Of a stretch of 64,000 nucleotides of DNA, positions 25,801 to 39,309 are shown in pieces; position 1 is the first letter of the stretch; every line of letters starts with the position of its first letter. This DNA comes from the human T2T-CHM13v2.0 reference genome, Homo sapiens, in assembly GCF_009914755.1 (NCBI RefSeq), contig NC_060938.1; one strand, written 5' to 3'. The translations under genes and the position numbers were made by a program. Under the pieces are notes generated by a model. That model was given only the letters and a program-made list of their open reading frames with translations. It made no database searches and was not told the origin of the DNA.

Positions 25801-27639
25801 GATACATAGGAGCTGAACTGTTTCTAACTGGTTTATGTTTTTTTAAGGAAGCCCATCAATTTTTTATGTGATAAAGATAATCATGTATACAAATCTATTA
25901 TATCAATTATCACGTGAAAATGGTGGAGGAATTTTAACCAAATGTGGGAATTATGTCTGGGACAATGTGACTTATATACATTGTGGGTTATGTGTATATT
26001 TGCAATTCACTTTGCAGAGCCATAACAGCTAAAGATATCAGTAGTCATCTTTCCAAGCAGCCGACACTGAAGTCTAAGGGAGAGAACTGCGTATGGGCCT
26101 TTCAGGAAAGATACAGGAACCATGGGCAGAGGGGGAGGGGCGGCACCAAATATGAGGACAGACTCTCAAATGGTAGGTTTCAAGCTGAAACATGCTGTAT
26201 CTAATCTGGAAATGTTTGTATAGTGTATTCCAGGGAACAGCAGCAAGATTTAATTGCACAGGAAGAGGAAGATGGTACTGCTTTTTCTCTGTGTTTTGTA
26301 GAAGACCTCACAGCAGATTGAAGATCCTTTCTCTCTGGCTTCACACACTCCAGATATTGTCGCAAGTCTGGTTTGGTCCCTAACCCACTAACTCCCTTAA
26401 CACTGAGCCCCTGAATTCAGAAGGGATAAGGAAAAGAAATACAAATCAGTATTTTTCCATATAGTCTTTTATATCCATTGCAAAAACTTGTAAAAGTAAT
26501 ATTTTCTGGCATCATTATATTTTTGACACTTTTATATCTGAAATAATGCCTTAAAACCCCAAACTTGAAACAAATATTATGAATATGGATGGCAATGAAG
26601 CTGCCTCTAAGAAAGCAGCAGGGTAGGAAGTACCTATGTGCTTCAAGTTAGCAAATGAGTCGCATTTGTCTGGCAAATAAACAAAGATATGAATCACCTC
26701 CTTGCCTAAAGCTGCTAATTCTTTGGAGCGAAATTATTGCCACAAAGAAAGACAGTGGCTGTGTTTGCTCCTGTTTCAACTAAGAGTGACAGACAGCTAA
26801 CAGAAAACATTACCAAAACATTTGCTAATGATACATTTACATTGATAAATCTGTGAAATCCCATACACAACATGTTAATAGTATATAAACCTAGATCAAG
26901 TTTTGATCAATAGCAGCAAGTGGGTATCTTGAAAAAATCTATTATGCTTTTTCAATTTTGGATTCTGTTGTTACGGTTATTTACTGATTGAATTTTTGAT
27001 CTTATGCACAAAGACTGAAGATTATTAGCATTCTTTGAATATAAATGAGTACTGTGATGGGATTCAATTTCTCACTGAATTTTAATTTAGAAGATGTTCT
27101 TTTTTGTTAGTTCATATTAATAATCAGAATTTTAATCATTTTCATGTGCCCATGGAAGTACTGCAAGAAAAAGAAGCAAATGTAGTTAGAAATACAAACT
27201 ATATAAACCATAAAGTTTCAGTTCTATGTCCACATTATGATAGTATTATACCAGAGAAAGATCTCCAAAGTAATCTCACTGCTATTTTAATCCACACAAA
27301 GAGATGAAAAGATGTTCACTAACTATATCACTTTTCTGTTTCCGGTGATGAATTTTCTCAATGAACTATGTAACAACTCATCTAAGCATATTAAATCATT
27401 TTTAGTATGTACACACATGTGGCCACTAACTGAGCTTTTTGCTCAGACACATGAACATAAACACCAGACATGCCAGTTTTTCCTCAAATTAAAAGGACAT
27501 ATAAAATATCAGGAAGAATTCACAGGGAGAATGGGACTAGGCTTCTATCTAGGGGAAATTTTTATAGAAAAATCTATTTTTTCAAACAAAAGATATTAAA
27601 CAATAGCTCATCTTTTCCCCTCATCTCTCTCTGCCCTTC

Positions 27640-27986
<347 letters not shown>

Positions 27987-28427
27987 TAAAACATTTTATA
28001 AGTGCATTATTATAAAGTATAAAATACAATGTCCTTCCAGTTAAGGTTGATTTAACAGACTGTATGTGACATCATAAGACTTAAATACTAAAATTAGAAG
28101 ATAATAGAATGAGAAGTTTCATTCCTGTGACTACAGGCTTCTGGATGTACATTTATTTACCCTCATTCTAAGAGTATTTAACTACTAATATAAGGTATTT
28201 AACACTGTACAAATAACTGTTTTGCTTTTGGTCAAAAAATCATTCTATTGTAAATTAACTTTTAGCTGTGCTGTATATGGCAACTTTAAACTTTTATTTA
28301 CTTTAAATAGGAATCAATATTAGTTCTGGTAGACTTCACTAATAATCCTTTAAGAAAAGGATGAATTGTAGGGATGTGTAACAGTAGTTGGAGATAAAAA
28401 TATTGGAGCAAGAAAAGATTTGAAGTA

Positions 28428-28661
28428 CAACAGGTCCTCAAATAACACTGTTTTGTTCAATGTCATTTCCTTATACCATTGATGATGAAAAAAAAAAAAC
28501 TCAAAAAAAAAAAACTCACTCTCATAAAAAACTGTCTGTGTGGAGTTTGCACATTCTTGCCACGTCTGCATGGGTTTTCTCTGGTTTCCTCACACATCCC
28601 AAACCTGTGCATGTTAGGCAAATGGGCATGCTTAAATGGTCCCTGTATGTGTGAGTATGTA
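28428..28661 (+). mobile_element. MER6 (TcMar-Tigger), left part
   Basis: TA then caacaggtcctcaaataac terminus; ctgtctgtgtggagtttgcacattct internal motif. Confidence 0.8.
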
Positions 28662-29048
28662 TGTATTATTCTGTTCTTGCACTGCTATAAAAAATTACCT
28701 GAGACTGGGTAATTTATAAAGAAAAGAAGTTTAATTGGCTCATGGTTCCCCAGGCTGTACTGGAAGCATTGCTAGAGATGCTTCAGGAAACTTATAATCA
28801 TAGCAGAAGGTGAAGAGGAAGCAGTCACATCTTTCACAGCCAGAGTGGAAGGAAGAGAGTGAAGAGGGTGGGGGGTGCTACACACTCTTAAACAAGCAGA
28901 TCTCATGAGAACTCACTATCACAAAGACAGCACCAAAGGAGAAATCCATCCCCATGATCTAATCCCTTCCCACCAGGCTCCACCTCCAACACTGGGGACT
29001 GCAATTTGACATGAGATTTGGGCAGTGACACAGACCAAAACCATATCA
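28662..29048 (-). mobile_element. MSTA-like LTR (3' LTR of the element)
   Basis: tgtatta...gagactgggtaatttataaagaaaaga...aaccatatca. Confidence 0.9.
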
Positions 29049-31192
29049 ATTTCCTCTGGCCCCTCCCAAATTTCATGTCCTTCTCACATTTCAAAATACA
29101 ATCATGCCTTCCCAAAAGTCCCCTAAAGTCTTAACTCATTCCAACATTAACTCAAAAGTCCAAGGTTTCATCTGAGACAAGCCTAGTCACTTCCACCCAT
29201 GAGCTTGTAAAATCAAAAGCAAGTTAGTTACTTCCCTGATACAATGGGGTATAGGCATTGGGTAAATACTCCCTTTCCAAAAGGGAGAAATTGACCAAAA
29301 CCAGAGGGCTGTAGGCCCTGTGTAAATATGTAACCCATCAGGGCAGTTATTAAATATTAAAGCTCCAAAATAATGTCCTTGACTCCATGTCTCACATCCA
29401 GGGCAGACTGGCCGAAGGGGTGGGCTCCCAAAGACTTGGGCAGCTCTTCTCCCTGAGGCTTTGTAGGGTACAACCCCAATGGCTGATTTTACAGGCTGGT
29501 GCTGACTACCTGCAACTTTTCCAGGTGCACAGTGCAAACTGTTGTTGGATCTACCATTCTGGGGTCTGGAGGACAGTGGCTTTCTTCTCACAGCTCTACT
29601 AGGCAATGCCCCATTGGTGACTCTGTGTGGGAACTCCAAACCCACATTTCCCCTCTGCATTGCCTTAGTAGAGGTTCCTCCTGAGTGCTTCACCCCTGCA
29701 GCAGGATTCTGCCTGGACATCCAGGCTTTTCTGTACATCTTCTAAAATCTAGGTGGAGGCTCCCAAACCTCAACTTTTGCACACTGTGCACCCATAGGCT
29801 TAACACTGCCTAGAAGCTACCAACACTTATGGTTTGCAATCTTTGAAGCAATGGCTGGAGCTGTACCTGGACCCCTTTTAGCCATGGCTGGAGCTGGAAC
29901 AACTGTGATGCAGGGTACCACGTCCTGAGGTTTCATACTACAGTAGGGCCCAGGGTCAGGCCCTGGGTCTGGCCCATAAAACCATTCTGCCCTCCTATGC
30001 CTCTAGGCACGTTATGGGAGGGGCTGCTGTGGAGGTTTCTGAAATGGCTCTGAGGCCTTTTTCCTATTGTCTTGGTTATTAGTACTTGCATTTCTTTTAG
30101 TTATGCAAATTTCTGCCACCTGCTTCACTTCCTCCTTTGAAAATGGGTTTTCTTTTCTACCACATAACCTGGCTGCAAATTTTCCAAACTTTTATGTTCT
30201 GTTTCCCTTTTAAATATAAGTTCAAGTTTCAGATCATTTCTCTGTGTATGCATATGAGAATAGTCTTTTAGAAGCAGCCAAGCCACATCTTTAATGCTTT
30301 TATGCTTAGAAATTTCTTTGACCGGATACCCTAAATCATCAAACTCAAGTTCAAAGTCCCATATATCATTAGAACAGGGACATAATGCCACCAGTCTCTT
30401 TACTAAAGCATAGCAAGCAAGAGTGAACTTTATTCCAGTTCCCAATAAGTTCCTCATTTCCATTTGAGACCTCCTCAGCCTAGCCTTCACTTTCAATATC
30501 ACTATCAGCATTTTCGTCACAACCATTTAACAAGTCTCGAGGGAGTTCCAAGCTTTCTCTCCTCTTTCTGTCTTCTTCTGAGCCCTCCAAACCGTTCCAA
30601 CCTCCACCCATTACCCAGTTCCAAAGCTGCTTCCACATTTTCCTGTACTGTTGCGGTAATTAGAGGACCGGAAAGACCAAATGGGTATTACAGGAGGATT
30701 TTTATTAAAGTGTACAATGGCTCAGTGGATTCATATCCAAAAAGCTGAGCCTAGAACAAAGAAAGGGCTTGATTTTCATAAGCAAGCTTACAGAAGCAGA
30801 ACAAGGACAGTTAATTAAATAGTGACAGGTCTCGTAATATCCAGCATAGCTTGTGACCTTGCAGCTGCATTGAAGGAGAAACCGGAACTTACAAAACTTG
30901 CAAAATATTTATGGGGAGTGGGTAAAGGGCTAAAAGAGGAATTTTGTTTTTCTTATCCTTATGTTGGGGAGTGCTGGGAGAGTCTCAAGAGAACATTCCT
31001 TTTGGGTTCTGACTTTTTAGATAGTGTTATCAGGACCTTGCCTGGGCCTGGGCTGTGTCTGTCACTGCTTTTTGGGATGACACAGCCTAATACAGGAAAA
31101 CTTGTTTTCTCTTTTAGTTTTTATTTCTTCTTTCTCTAAGTACCTCTCAGTACCTCTAATAGCAATGCCCAACTTCCCCGGTACCAATTTTC
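29049..31192 (-). mobile_element. MST/THE1-type MaLR internal sequence, interrupted at 30649-31149
   Basis: ORFs 29187-29738 and 30125-30526 give typical MaLR-int peptides (MYRKAWMSRQ, CYALVKRLVALCPC, LKLELIFKRE); bounded by two LTRs. Confidence 0.9.
30649..31149 (-). mobile_element. ERV1-class solo LTR (MER83/MER84-like, name tentative)
   Basis: TG...CA ends, 501 bp, perfect 4-bp TSD GTAC (30645-48, 31150-53), minus-strand AATAAA near 30701-30706. Confidence 0.8.
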
Positions 31193-31577
31193 TGTATTAA
31201 TACATTCTCGCACTATTATAAAGAACTACCTGAGAATGGTAATTTATAAAGAAAAGAAGTTTAATTGGCTCATGGTTCTACAGGCTGCACAATAAGCATG
31301 GTTGGGGAGGCCTCAGGAAACCTACAGTCATGGCAGAAGTTGAAGGGGAAGCAGGCACATCTTACATGGACAGAGCAGGAGAAGGAGAGCAAGGTGGGAG
31401 GTGCTACACACTTTTAAACAACCAGAACTCATGAGACCTCACTCACTATCAGGAGAACAGCACCCAAGAGGAAATCAACCCACATGATCCAATTACTTCC
31501 CACCAGGTCCAACCTTCAACACTGGGGTTATAATTTGACATGAAATGTGGGCAGAGACACAGACCCAAATTATATCA
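31193..31577 (-). mobile_element. MSTA-like LTR (5' LTR of the element)
   Basis: homologous to 28662-29048; ends aaattatatca. Confidence 0.9.
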
Positions 31578-32239
31578 GTGGATGTGTGTGAGTGAGCTCT
31601 GCAATGACATGACATCTTACCCAGGGTTGGTTCCTGCCTTCTGCCCTGAGCTACTGGGATGGGCTCCAGCCATCTTCAACACTGAACTGGAATAAGTGGA
31701 CTGGAAAAGAATGAATGAATGAGTACAAATTACCATAAAATAAAAATCCATGAAGTATACAATGATCATACAAATACAAGACAATAAATAGTGCAGTACA
31801 CTAGGGATCAGGGAGCCCACCACATTTGTTGTTGTTTTTGAATTACACATTTGTTGTTGTTTTTGAATTACATTATTGTAAGAAGCATGCCTTGCAATTT
31901 TCGCTTTGTAAACGTTTACCCCTGATTTAACCTACTACTGCTACAACCACCATTACTCACTGATTCACAAGCAACTGGGTAAAGAATTATCATTTTTTAT
32001 TAGTCTTTCTTAAAGGCATGTATAGGTCACATTTATTTCAATGTTTAATATTAGAAGTGTTTTGGTTTTGTTTAGAAATTTGGTGATCTCTTTTTTTTTT
32101 GTAAACCAGAAATGTGCTTTACAAACTTAACTCTTGTTATATCAATTAACCTCTGGTAAAATTGGTTTTCTTATATGTCATTTTGCTTAAAGTCACAGTT
32201 TCCAAGAACTGATTGAAAACATTAAGCAAAGACTTACTG
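31578..32239 (+). mobile_element. MER6, right part
   Basis: resumes gtgtgtgagtg; ends aagtcacagtttccaagaac...ttaagcaaagacttactg; has a 25-bp tandem duplication at 31821-31876. Confidence 0.8.
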
Positions 32240-32890
32240 TTTTTTAATGTATCATCCTAATTGCCATAAATAATTCTGGGAGGTGGGGAATTAATGCTGG
32301 ATATTCCATCTATACACCAAAAAAATTTTTAAAAAAGCATCAGCTTCTTTAAATCTAGTACATAAAAAGTAGATTCCAACCACATGGTACATCATGTAAA
32401 ACATCAAAACTCCTGTAAAATTCAAATTGAAGCCACATTTAGAGCATATAGTTGCCAACACAATGACATTTTGTTTATGTGAATGATGTAAGTGGAGATA
32501 CATATGTTCTTTTTTTTAATGTTTCATTTTACATTTTTTCCTTATCTAAAAATTACACAACTTTAAATATTAAAATTTGGACATTTATTTTAAAATAAAC
32601 TAGCAGTTCTTTCTCATTTTGTTTTTCCCCTAAGGGATGATATTTCAATTTTGTGATAATTAACAGTGAGGAGGTGATAATATAAGGATATTATATTTAT
32701 TTTCTAACTGTCCCTTGCCTATAACACACTGCATTGTCCTCTTAGAATTTAAGGAGAGCTAGCCTTTTGAGTTGGTACACTGAGATGAACAAGATATGTC
32801 TTGAAAAATGAGCATTTATTCACATTAGACAGATCCTCTATTCTACTAGGGTCATTTAGGCCTCAGAAATTCGTAAGAGATTTCTAAGAA

Positions 32891-33042
32891 AAAAATTTGA
32901 AAGTGCTTTCATTCTTCTGAAATTTGCAATACAGAAAGACTTCTTAATTTCAGAATAACTAAGAGTTGAACCAATCTGAAGTCCTAAGATTCAGACATAT
33001 AAATTACTGTTTTATATAATTAGGTAAACTATGATTTTATTT
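32891..33042 (+). repeat. local duplication copy A (~150 bp)
   Basis: aligns by eye at roughly 85-90% to 35711-35862. Confidence 0.92.
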
Positions 33043-34281
33043 CTTCTTAAATGTTTACGACTATCTCCTGAACTTTTTCCAGAGATTTATTTATTCAGTA
33101 GTCACCCCAATACTTTGGCAAATGTCAGAGCTCCAGAAACATTTGATTGGAATTAAATATGTTGTTTTCCATTTTGACAAACCTTAATTCCTTGCTCCAG
33201 CCTTCACTCCACCCTGTTTGCCCCACCCTAATCACTTCTGAATACATTCCATCCATTGCCCTTTTATTCTAACACTGTGCTAAATATTAAATACATGCTA
33301 ACCCAACCTGATACCATGAAATGTAACATAAATCATATTAAAGGATTAGGGGAATTTGTGTGTTTTTAAGAAGTTATTTGAAATAAAACCTTCTAGATTT
33401 TTAAGTTATTTTGCACTGGAATAAGTTGGTTTCTGTATTTTCTCTGTTCACCTTCTTAAGCCTGTGGAGAAACCTTGCCTGCCTCCAAACATATCCTGTA
33501 TACAAACAAGTGAGAAATCATAGAGCTCTGCCATAGCATTTGCTTTTTATGCAGCTCATTTTATGGGAGCACCTGTTCATGTAGATAAATGATGCCAAAA
33601 TTGGATGTCAGCCCAAAAGATAGTGACTTCAGTGCAGTAAGCCAAGCAGGAGTTGGACCTGCACACAGTAGGCAAGTCCATCCAGCCTCTGTAGTCAGGC
33701 CCTGAGGGTCCAAGTTTTCAGCAGCCGGTTAGACCTCCTACATGTCTGCATATCCTGCTTACTGTGGAAGAAATGTACATTTATAAACACAAACCCTGAG
33801 TTAAAATCCATCTATGGCCATAAATTAAAATGGGTCCTCCATTCTATATTCATTGCTTGGCAATTAAAGAGTCCATTTGAATAAACATGGTCCTATGCAA
33901 ACACTTTGAAGTGTGGCAGTTATCACAAGTGTACACATCCAACAGCCTTTGTCTGTCTTTGACTGTTGCCAACTCCACCATAAGGGGGATATTTCTGAGT
34001 CTAAAAACAGCTAGCATAGAGAAAACTTGTCAAAACTAAACAAGGCATTCCCTGTTAAAACATTCATAGAAAGAAAAATCCATTTTAGAACAAGTTTAGT
34101 TCTCAAACAAATACTACTGATTGTATGAAAACTAATATCATAAACATTAAGGTAACAGTTACTTTTTGACATACAGAGGCTCAAAACACATAGCTATATC
34201 TATATAACTCCAGTGTTCATGTTCTGAAACTTGAGCACTTACATTATTTCATCCAATTCTCAAAACAAGTCAGTAAAATAG

Positions 34282-34791
34282 TGTACTAGTTTTTCATTGC
34301 TGAAGTAACAAATTACCAGAAATTTGGTGGTTTAAACCAACAAAAATTATCTTACAGTTCCAGGGGTCACAAGTCCAAAATGAGTCTCAATGGGCTAAAA
34401 TGAAAGTTTCGGCAAGGCTGTTTTCCATTTGGAGGCTGTGAAAGAGAATGCATTTCCTTGTGGCCTGCATTTCCTTGTGGCCTGCATTTCTTAGCTTATG
34501 GCCCCTTCCTCCATCCTCAAAGCCAGGAAAGGTAAGTCAAGTCTTTCTCACATTGCATATGCATAACGTTGACACTAACTCTTCTGCCTCCCTTGCCCAC
34601 ATTTAAGTACCTTGTGATTGCACTGGGCCCACCTGGGTAATCCAGGATAATCCCTTTACTTAAAGTCAGTCGACTGGCATCCTTAGTCCCAACTTCAGTC
34701 TTAATTCACCCTTGCCATGGAATATAACAATTCACAGATTTGGGGGATTACAGGTAGATATCTTTGAGGGTCAATGATTCTGTCTGTCAAA
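34282..34791 (-). mobile_element. MLT1 (MLT1D-like) solo LTR inserted into a MIR
   Basis: gtaacaaattaccagaaatttggtggtttaaa motif; TSD aatag on both sides; MIR pieces at about 34210-34280 and 34792-34890; 17-bp internal duplication tgcatttccttgtggcc. Confidence 0.85.
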
Positions 34792-34921
34792 AATAGGAAT
34801 GATTGGCCTCATTAACATATGAGAAAGGTGAGGCTTAAAGAAGTTGAATAATTTGCCTAAATGTACATAGCTAATAAGCTGAAATATTGGGAGTGCTTCC
34901 CCTCATCTGTCCAATAGCTGC

Positions 34922-35402
34922 TGTATCCTTCAGGGTCTTGGCAAGAAAGAGATGGCATATCCAAATGGTAATTTAAGGAGACTTTAATAAAACCATTACT
35001 TAAAAAGTGTGGCCATATGTAAGAAAATTATCATGGCATTAACTGGGGACTAGTAATGAGGTTCTGTTACTACACTGAAGAGGTAAAGGGAAGAAGAGTA
35101 TGATGAGAACTTGAAGACAGAGGAATAGAGCCAAAAAAGGAGATCTTAATGTACAGGCTGCCAAGAGTTACCTTGTCTTACGGAAAACAGTCAGCCAGTG
35201 GTAACCCTGAAGAGAGGGTACTAGGAAATTAAGGACACTGACTTTACTCCCATTTCCCAAACTCTTCTGAGTGCTCCATATTCAAAAACCTGGTGCTAAG
35301 ACAGAGGCCAAGCAGGTCATTTGCCGAGTCTAAACTGGTCAGCCTCTGCAGAGAGCAGAGTAGAGGAAAGCAGAGAGGGGATCAGAGGCACAACAGAAGA
35401 CA
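34922..35402 (-). mobile_element. probable ancient ERVL-type LTR
   Basis: tgtatccttcagggtcttggcaagaaagagatggca start resembles old ERVL LTR ends; family not resolved. Confidence 0.35.
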
Positions 35403-35583
35403 CTGGGGAGTTTCTCCAAATTTATTATTGATTTATTAATTTATTGATTTACATTAATAATCATTGCTGATATCTGGGTTTTACTAAAAATGACTTCAAC
35501 ATTTTGATTTTATAAGCAATTAGTATGGAGGTGGTCAAAGACTTATCTTTTCCTTCACATATTACCCTTTCCACAAAAATGTA

Positions 35584-35663
35584 TTTAGTTGGTGCAGAAG
35601 TAATTGCAGTTTTGGCCATTAAAAATAATGGCAAAAATCACAATTACTTTTGCACCACCCTAA
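35584..35663. mobile_element. MADE1 (Hsmar1 mariner MITE), 80 bp
   Basis: ttggtgcagaagtaattgc...caattacttttgcacca inverted repeats; TA on both flanks. Confidence 0.95.
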
Positions 35664-35710
35664 TACCTATTTACCTTTTTTTACTTTATTGGCTTTAAGC
35701 TTCAGAATCC

Positions 35711-35862
35711 AAAAATTTTTAAGTGCTTTCACTCTTCTGAAATTTTCAATACAGAAAGACTTAACTTCAGAATAACTGAGAGTTGAACCAATCTGAAACC
35801 CTAAGATTCAGACATATAAATTACTGCTGTTCTATATTATTAGATAAACTATGATTTTGTTT
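35711..35862 (+). repeat. local duplication copy B (~150 bp)
   Basis: shares gagttgaaccaatctgaa and cctaagattcagacatataaattactg exactly with 32891-33042. Confidence 0.92.
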
Positions 35863-38800
35863 GACCCCACTGGGAATAATTTATGACTGAACTTCCACTG
35901 GCTTCATTTTGAATAAATCTTTTCAGATACAGATAGACCAAGATACAATAGGTTAAATTATTAGAAAGGTGTCATAGGATAGAATGACTCAAGTTGAATC
36001 TGATACTTGAATATAAATGTTAAAAATATTTTTAAAAACTTTAAGACAGTACAGTACAATTTTTTCATCTGATAGACATTTTCTGAGACAACCTCTGAAA
36101 GATATCAGAGCAACTTGATGGCTTTTTGAGAGACCAGTTCAAGGTTGTCCCTCAGCTACCTGTTCTCCTTACTACAACTTATCTTTAGCCTTTATTTTCA
36201 GTTGTTCCATTAATAGCATTCAATATGAAAGTCAAATTTCCTGGAATTACCTCCTTATCCATACCAGGAGCTTCACCTTTCAGTCTTGCACTTTGCATGT
36301 GTCCGAGGCATTGATACCGTCAAAATGCATAAATTCACACTATTTGTACTAGATTTTTTATCCTTTGACCTCTTTTCAATTTGTTATTCAATATCAAAAG
36401 ACTACAGAGCTTTGACTTGAATTGTCAACCTCAAAGGCACTTCTAATACAAGAAAGAGAGCCTTTACATGGCCAAATACCTGTCTTCCCATTATTTGAAC
36501 TCTGTCATCACGAATATATAGAAGAATGAGATAGTGGAATTAGAATGATAGAAGCCAAGAAAGAAAATGGAAGTGAAGGAGGGTGAAGAGGTCATTTATT
36601 TTATCTCATGTCCATGACAAGGCAACGTAAAGGAAGGAATTATACCAAGTTGGGCTGGGGGCTAAGGAGAGTGAAATGTAAATCTAAAGGGAATCTAAAA
36701 GCCAGAGACAACCTTAGAAAGAAATTACTGAAAAAGCTAACTTATTCTGAACTTCATAAGATACACTCCCAGGGCTGTGGAGAAAAAATACAAATAACTT
36801 AGAATCCAGAGATATCTGTTCTTTGGTATTATAACTTGAAACAAGACTTAAAGTAAGCATAAAAATCCATGTTCACTTCAAAGTTAAACACTGTGGCTGA
36901 ACAAATGCAAAAATTTTCCCAGTGATACTGCCATGGAACCATTACACTATAACCTCTTCATCAAGGAATCAGTCTTCTAAAAGCATTGATTCTATCCAGC
37001 AACCTTGTGTCAGTTTGGACAGATCCGTACCATCAAGGTGCAACCTGAAATTTGACACGTAATGAACACAAAATCTTTCGTTTAGCTATGAATTTAGGTT
37101 TGTCTTTTTGAGTAATGGCCTAACTGAAGATGAACTACTTTGGTGATTTCAAACTAAACTGAACTTGAACTTTTCCCTAATAAGGTATCTAAGTGTGGCA
37201 TCTCTATTAACCAAAAAGAATTTGGAAATCAACAGAACATGGAGTTCCCTGCCTTCCAACTTATGTTCAGACCATGAAAACCTAGAGATCTACATAAATT
37301 GGGTCAAATAATAGAATCCTGAGCTAAGTGGGGTGAGGGTTTGGGGGAATGGTGCTAATTTTTAAGTTATTCCTTAGGTAAAACAATGTATATGGGCAAT
37401 GGAGGGAAATTTTTAGATTCTATCAAATCAGAGAAACACTACTAGTGTACCAAAACTTAGGCATTAATCTCTTTTCCCAAAAAGCTATGCAGCTGGGGGA
37501 GACACACAGATTTTTGTAATGCACATATAAAGATTTATGTTTTATACTTGCATATTGAATACATTTTTCAGAGGCTATACAAGGAGATGAAATAATCCTG
37601 AAAGATATACAGTCAAAAGGAACGATACTAGCAGCTCAAAAATACATGGAACCTGTTCTTCTGTGTACCTCTCAGGCCTCTCAGCACTCACCAACACCAT
37701 TAGCAGAGGAGAGGACAAGTGAAGGAAGAAAGAGAGCAATGAAGCTGACTGAAGCAAAAGAGAGACAAGGAAGACAGGTGTAGAGATGGACAGGATAGCT
37801 AATGTTGATCTTTCATCAATTGCAGACAGTAATTACCAATAGTTCTCTGCAATTTTTTAGAAAACTTAGATTAAGAATGGCATGAATATTCTAACAAGGA
37901 TGGCACAGAATGTGTGAGGGACAGAAAAAGAATTAGTGAATAGCCAAGAATCAGGCAAAAGGAAGCAGGAGTTGACAGTCAAACTAGACCAAAAAGGAGA
38001 TGAATATTTACCACAAACTACCTAAAGCTTCCACCAATTCCATGGTAAAGACAGATTGTAGGTTAGCATCGGAATCAACTTGCATACTCATTATAATGTA
38101 TTGTTTATTCATGTTTAAGCTGTTATATGAACTATGAATAATTCATTTTATAGTCTAAGTAATTTTCAAGTAATCCTTTTATTATCTTTTTTAAGTCCTA
38201 AGCTAAAGATTTCTCTTCCAGTGATTAAAAAAATTAGAATGCCATCTGAGCTGAAGTGAGTCAAAAGTGTGCGGCAGCCAGTACTTTTATGGTGTTCAGA
38301 ATGGACAGACGAACTTTGTAACAACTGCCTTAGAATGCTCGCCTCACAAGACTTGTAGTGTCTGTGAGTGTTACAGATAAAAGCCACTCACTGGAGCTCA
38401 GGTCTGCCCTGAATGTCTTCTTGCTCATAATGGATTTGAAATGCATTGGTAACATCTTCTCTCTCATTAAAAATGTAATGCATGTTTGCAACTGGCAGTA
38501 ATTTTTGAAGTCTATTCCTTTTCTATATGACATATTTTCAATGAAACAAAATACATAAAAATTTTCATATCATTTTATGCCATTTTCTTCCCAAATGCCA
38601 TTCCATAGAATTCGTTCTTGCTGAAGCAGGAAGACTTGTAAGGAGCTTCCCAAAGGTGATAAAGCATTAAAATATAAAATTCTGTTAACAGCAGATGATG
38701 ATACTACTGCCCAGGACTGATTCTTCCTACAATGTAATCCCATTTCCTGCTGCCAAGACTAATTATCTAATGACTAGCCTTCTAATTTGTCATGCATTTT

Positions 38801-39309
38801 TGGTATATTTTGATTTATTTGTCACACTACAGATCTTTGATCACCAATCTCATCTTTGCAATGGGTTTTTTTGTTCCAGTTTGCATACCTGTTTTTGACC
38901 CATGGTCATATAAGCCCATCTGTTCAATGTTTCTCATAACCTAGTTGCAATCTCCCCCAATCTACTTTGTAACTCTGCAACTCATGAAGTACCAATTGAA
39001 ACTCAACTCCACCTGCCATAATACTCACCTTTCTCTACTATAACATGACTCCTCTCTCAAGCCAGAGTCCCTAACCATCATAATTCAACTTTTGCAACTC
39101 AAGTCTTCATGTCTGCTCTCTGTAGAGAGCATTTATGGCCCACATCTTTTTACATCCCTGGTCAAAGGATACAATTCCCTGTATAGTATCTTTCTACTTG
39201 GTAGAAAAATAACTGGCAAATAATATTTGGATTGTTTCTAAATTGCAATAAAATTTTAATTTTTTAAATGAATCACCACTGAGTGTGACCTAGACAAGCT
39301 AAATGTTCT

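Noticed and set aside
29187-29738. Longest ORF (183 aa) as a gene
   Set aside because: Lies within MaLR internal sequence and is a decayed retroelement frame.
31821-31876. 25-bp tandem duplication (and the 17-bp one at ~34449-34490)
   Set aside because: Simple slippage duplications inside old transposons with no sign of function.
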